DNA of 64,000 nucleotides, from IMG/VR virus record IMGVR_UViG_3300020049_003954, positions 1,070 to 65,069 of that record, one strand, 5' to 3'. The notes under the pieces are model-generated. The model was not told where the DNA came from. It saw only the letters and a list, made by a program, of their open reading frames with translations, and made no database searches. Below are positions 63,414-64,000 of the stretch, in pieces (positions within the stretch are counted from its first letter, which is position 1; every line of letters begins with the position of its first letter). The translations under genes were made by a program, and so were the position numbers. This stretch comes from a virus (Duplodnaviria; Caudoviricetes).

Positions 63414-64000
63414 CTAGAGCGTCGCCTTCTTGCTGGCACCTCGCTTGCTGTTGCTGTGCGGCGTGAGCTTGAAGTGCCAGGGGATCCGGCCATCGTTGTC
63501 TGCCAACTTCACGGCGATGACGGCATCGTGCTGCCCCTGGTGCCCCTCGACGGTGCGGGTCGCCAGTCGCTCGGAGGCCGAGCCGCTCCCGCTGGGGACG
63601 GTCGGCAGGCTGCTGCCGGTGAAGAGTGCGAGGTCGCTGCCGTCGACGACCATCACGCCGGTGACGGTGTCACGACTGTCGATCACAGCGCCGGTGCCGA
63701 CGTTGCCGGTGGCAGTGCCGTTGCGGGAGAAGGGGCCACCGATTCGGCAGACGGCGCCTGCGGCAACGCTGGTTGCGCCCGCGTACCGCTCGACGCTGCC
63801 CGGCGTGACGTTGAAGGTGTAGACTCCAGAGGAGCGAAGGTCGGCTTGGATCGAGATGCTGGAGGAATCCTCGAACTGGCCTGCGATTCCGTCGAAGGTG
63901 CGTACTGCGATCCCAGTGTTTCCAGAATTGGCATCGGCGTCGATGTCCATGCCGATCTGGCTGGCGTTGGTCATGTTCACGTCGAGGCCGGTCGCGCTCG
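63414..64000 (-). CDS. High-GC protein, 5'-partial, beta-rich; composition unlike the rest of the window
   Basis: Frame runs off the window; near-exclusive G/C third positions. Confidence 0.7.
   Translation of the reverse strand, partial: SATGLDVNMTNASQIGMDIDADANSGNTGIAVRTFDGIAGQFEDSSSISIQADLRSSGVYTFNVTPGSVERYAGATSVAAGAVCRIGGPFSRNGTATGNVGTGAVIDSRDTVTGVMVVDGSDLALFTGSSLPTVPSGSGSASERLATRTVEGHQGQHDAVIAVKLADNDGRIPWHFKLTPHSNSKRGASKKATL

Noticed and set aside
1-64000. Integrase, rRNA, reverse transcriptase or diversity-generating retroelement
   Set aside because: No recognisable motifs in any ORF, and no template/variable repeat pair was seen

Overview
A 64-kb segment of a large (apparently >100 kb), AT-rich, lytic-type tailed-phage genome, probably infecting an actinobacterium (DUF1876-like, DUF6011-like, Ku-like and PnuC-like genes; near-leaderless sigma-A-type promoters). 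Positions 1-3 kb hold the end of a tail module (SGNH esterase plus GH26-like protein). Positions 3-18 kb are a plus-strand replication/recombination arm: Cas4/RecB-like nuclease with an intein, AAA ATPase, SSB-like protein, primase-helicase with an HNH intein, MazG, DnaE, RecA, HNH and a lipoprotein lytic transglycosylase. Positions 18-63.3 kb are a minus-strand accessory/early arm: ATP-dependent ligase, Ku, RuvB, a coupled operon with a PPDK-like dikinase lacking its pyruvate domain plus a CX5R phosphatase, RNA-repair genes, a paralogous membrane-protein array, SpoU, a deaminase, SNF2 helicase, a CCA-adding enzyme, six tRNAs plus tRNA-like elements and remnants, and several long ORF-free structured regions with recurring motifs. 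At about 63.4 kb the sequence switches abruptly to high-GC DNA. The best candidates for an undescribed system are the dikinase/phosphatase operon (26-30.5 kb) and the structured-RNA cluster (59.3-62.3 kb). All calls come from reading the sequence and ORF track by eye; no database searches or folding programs were run.
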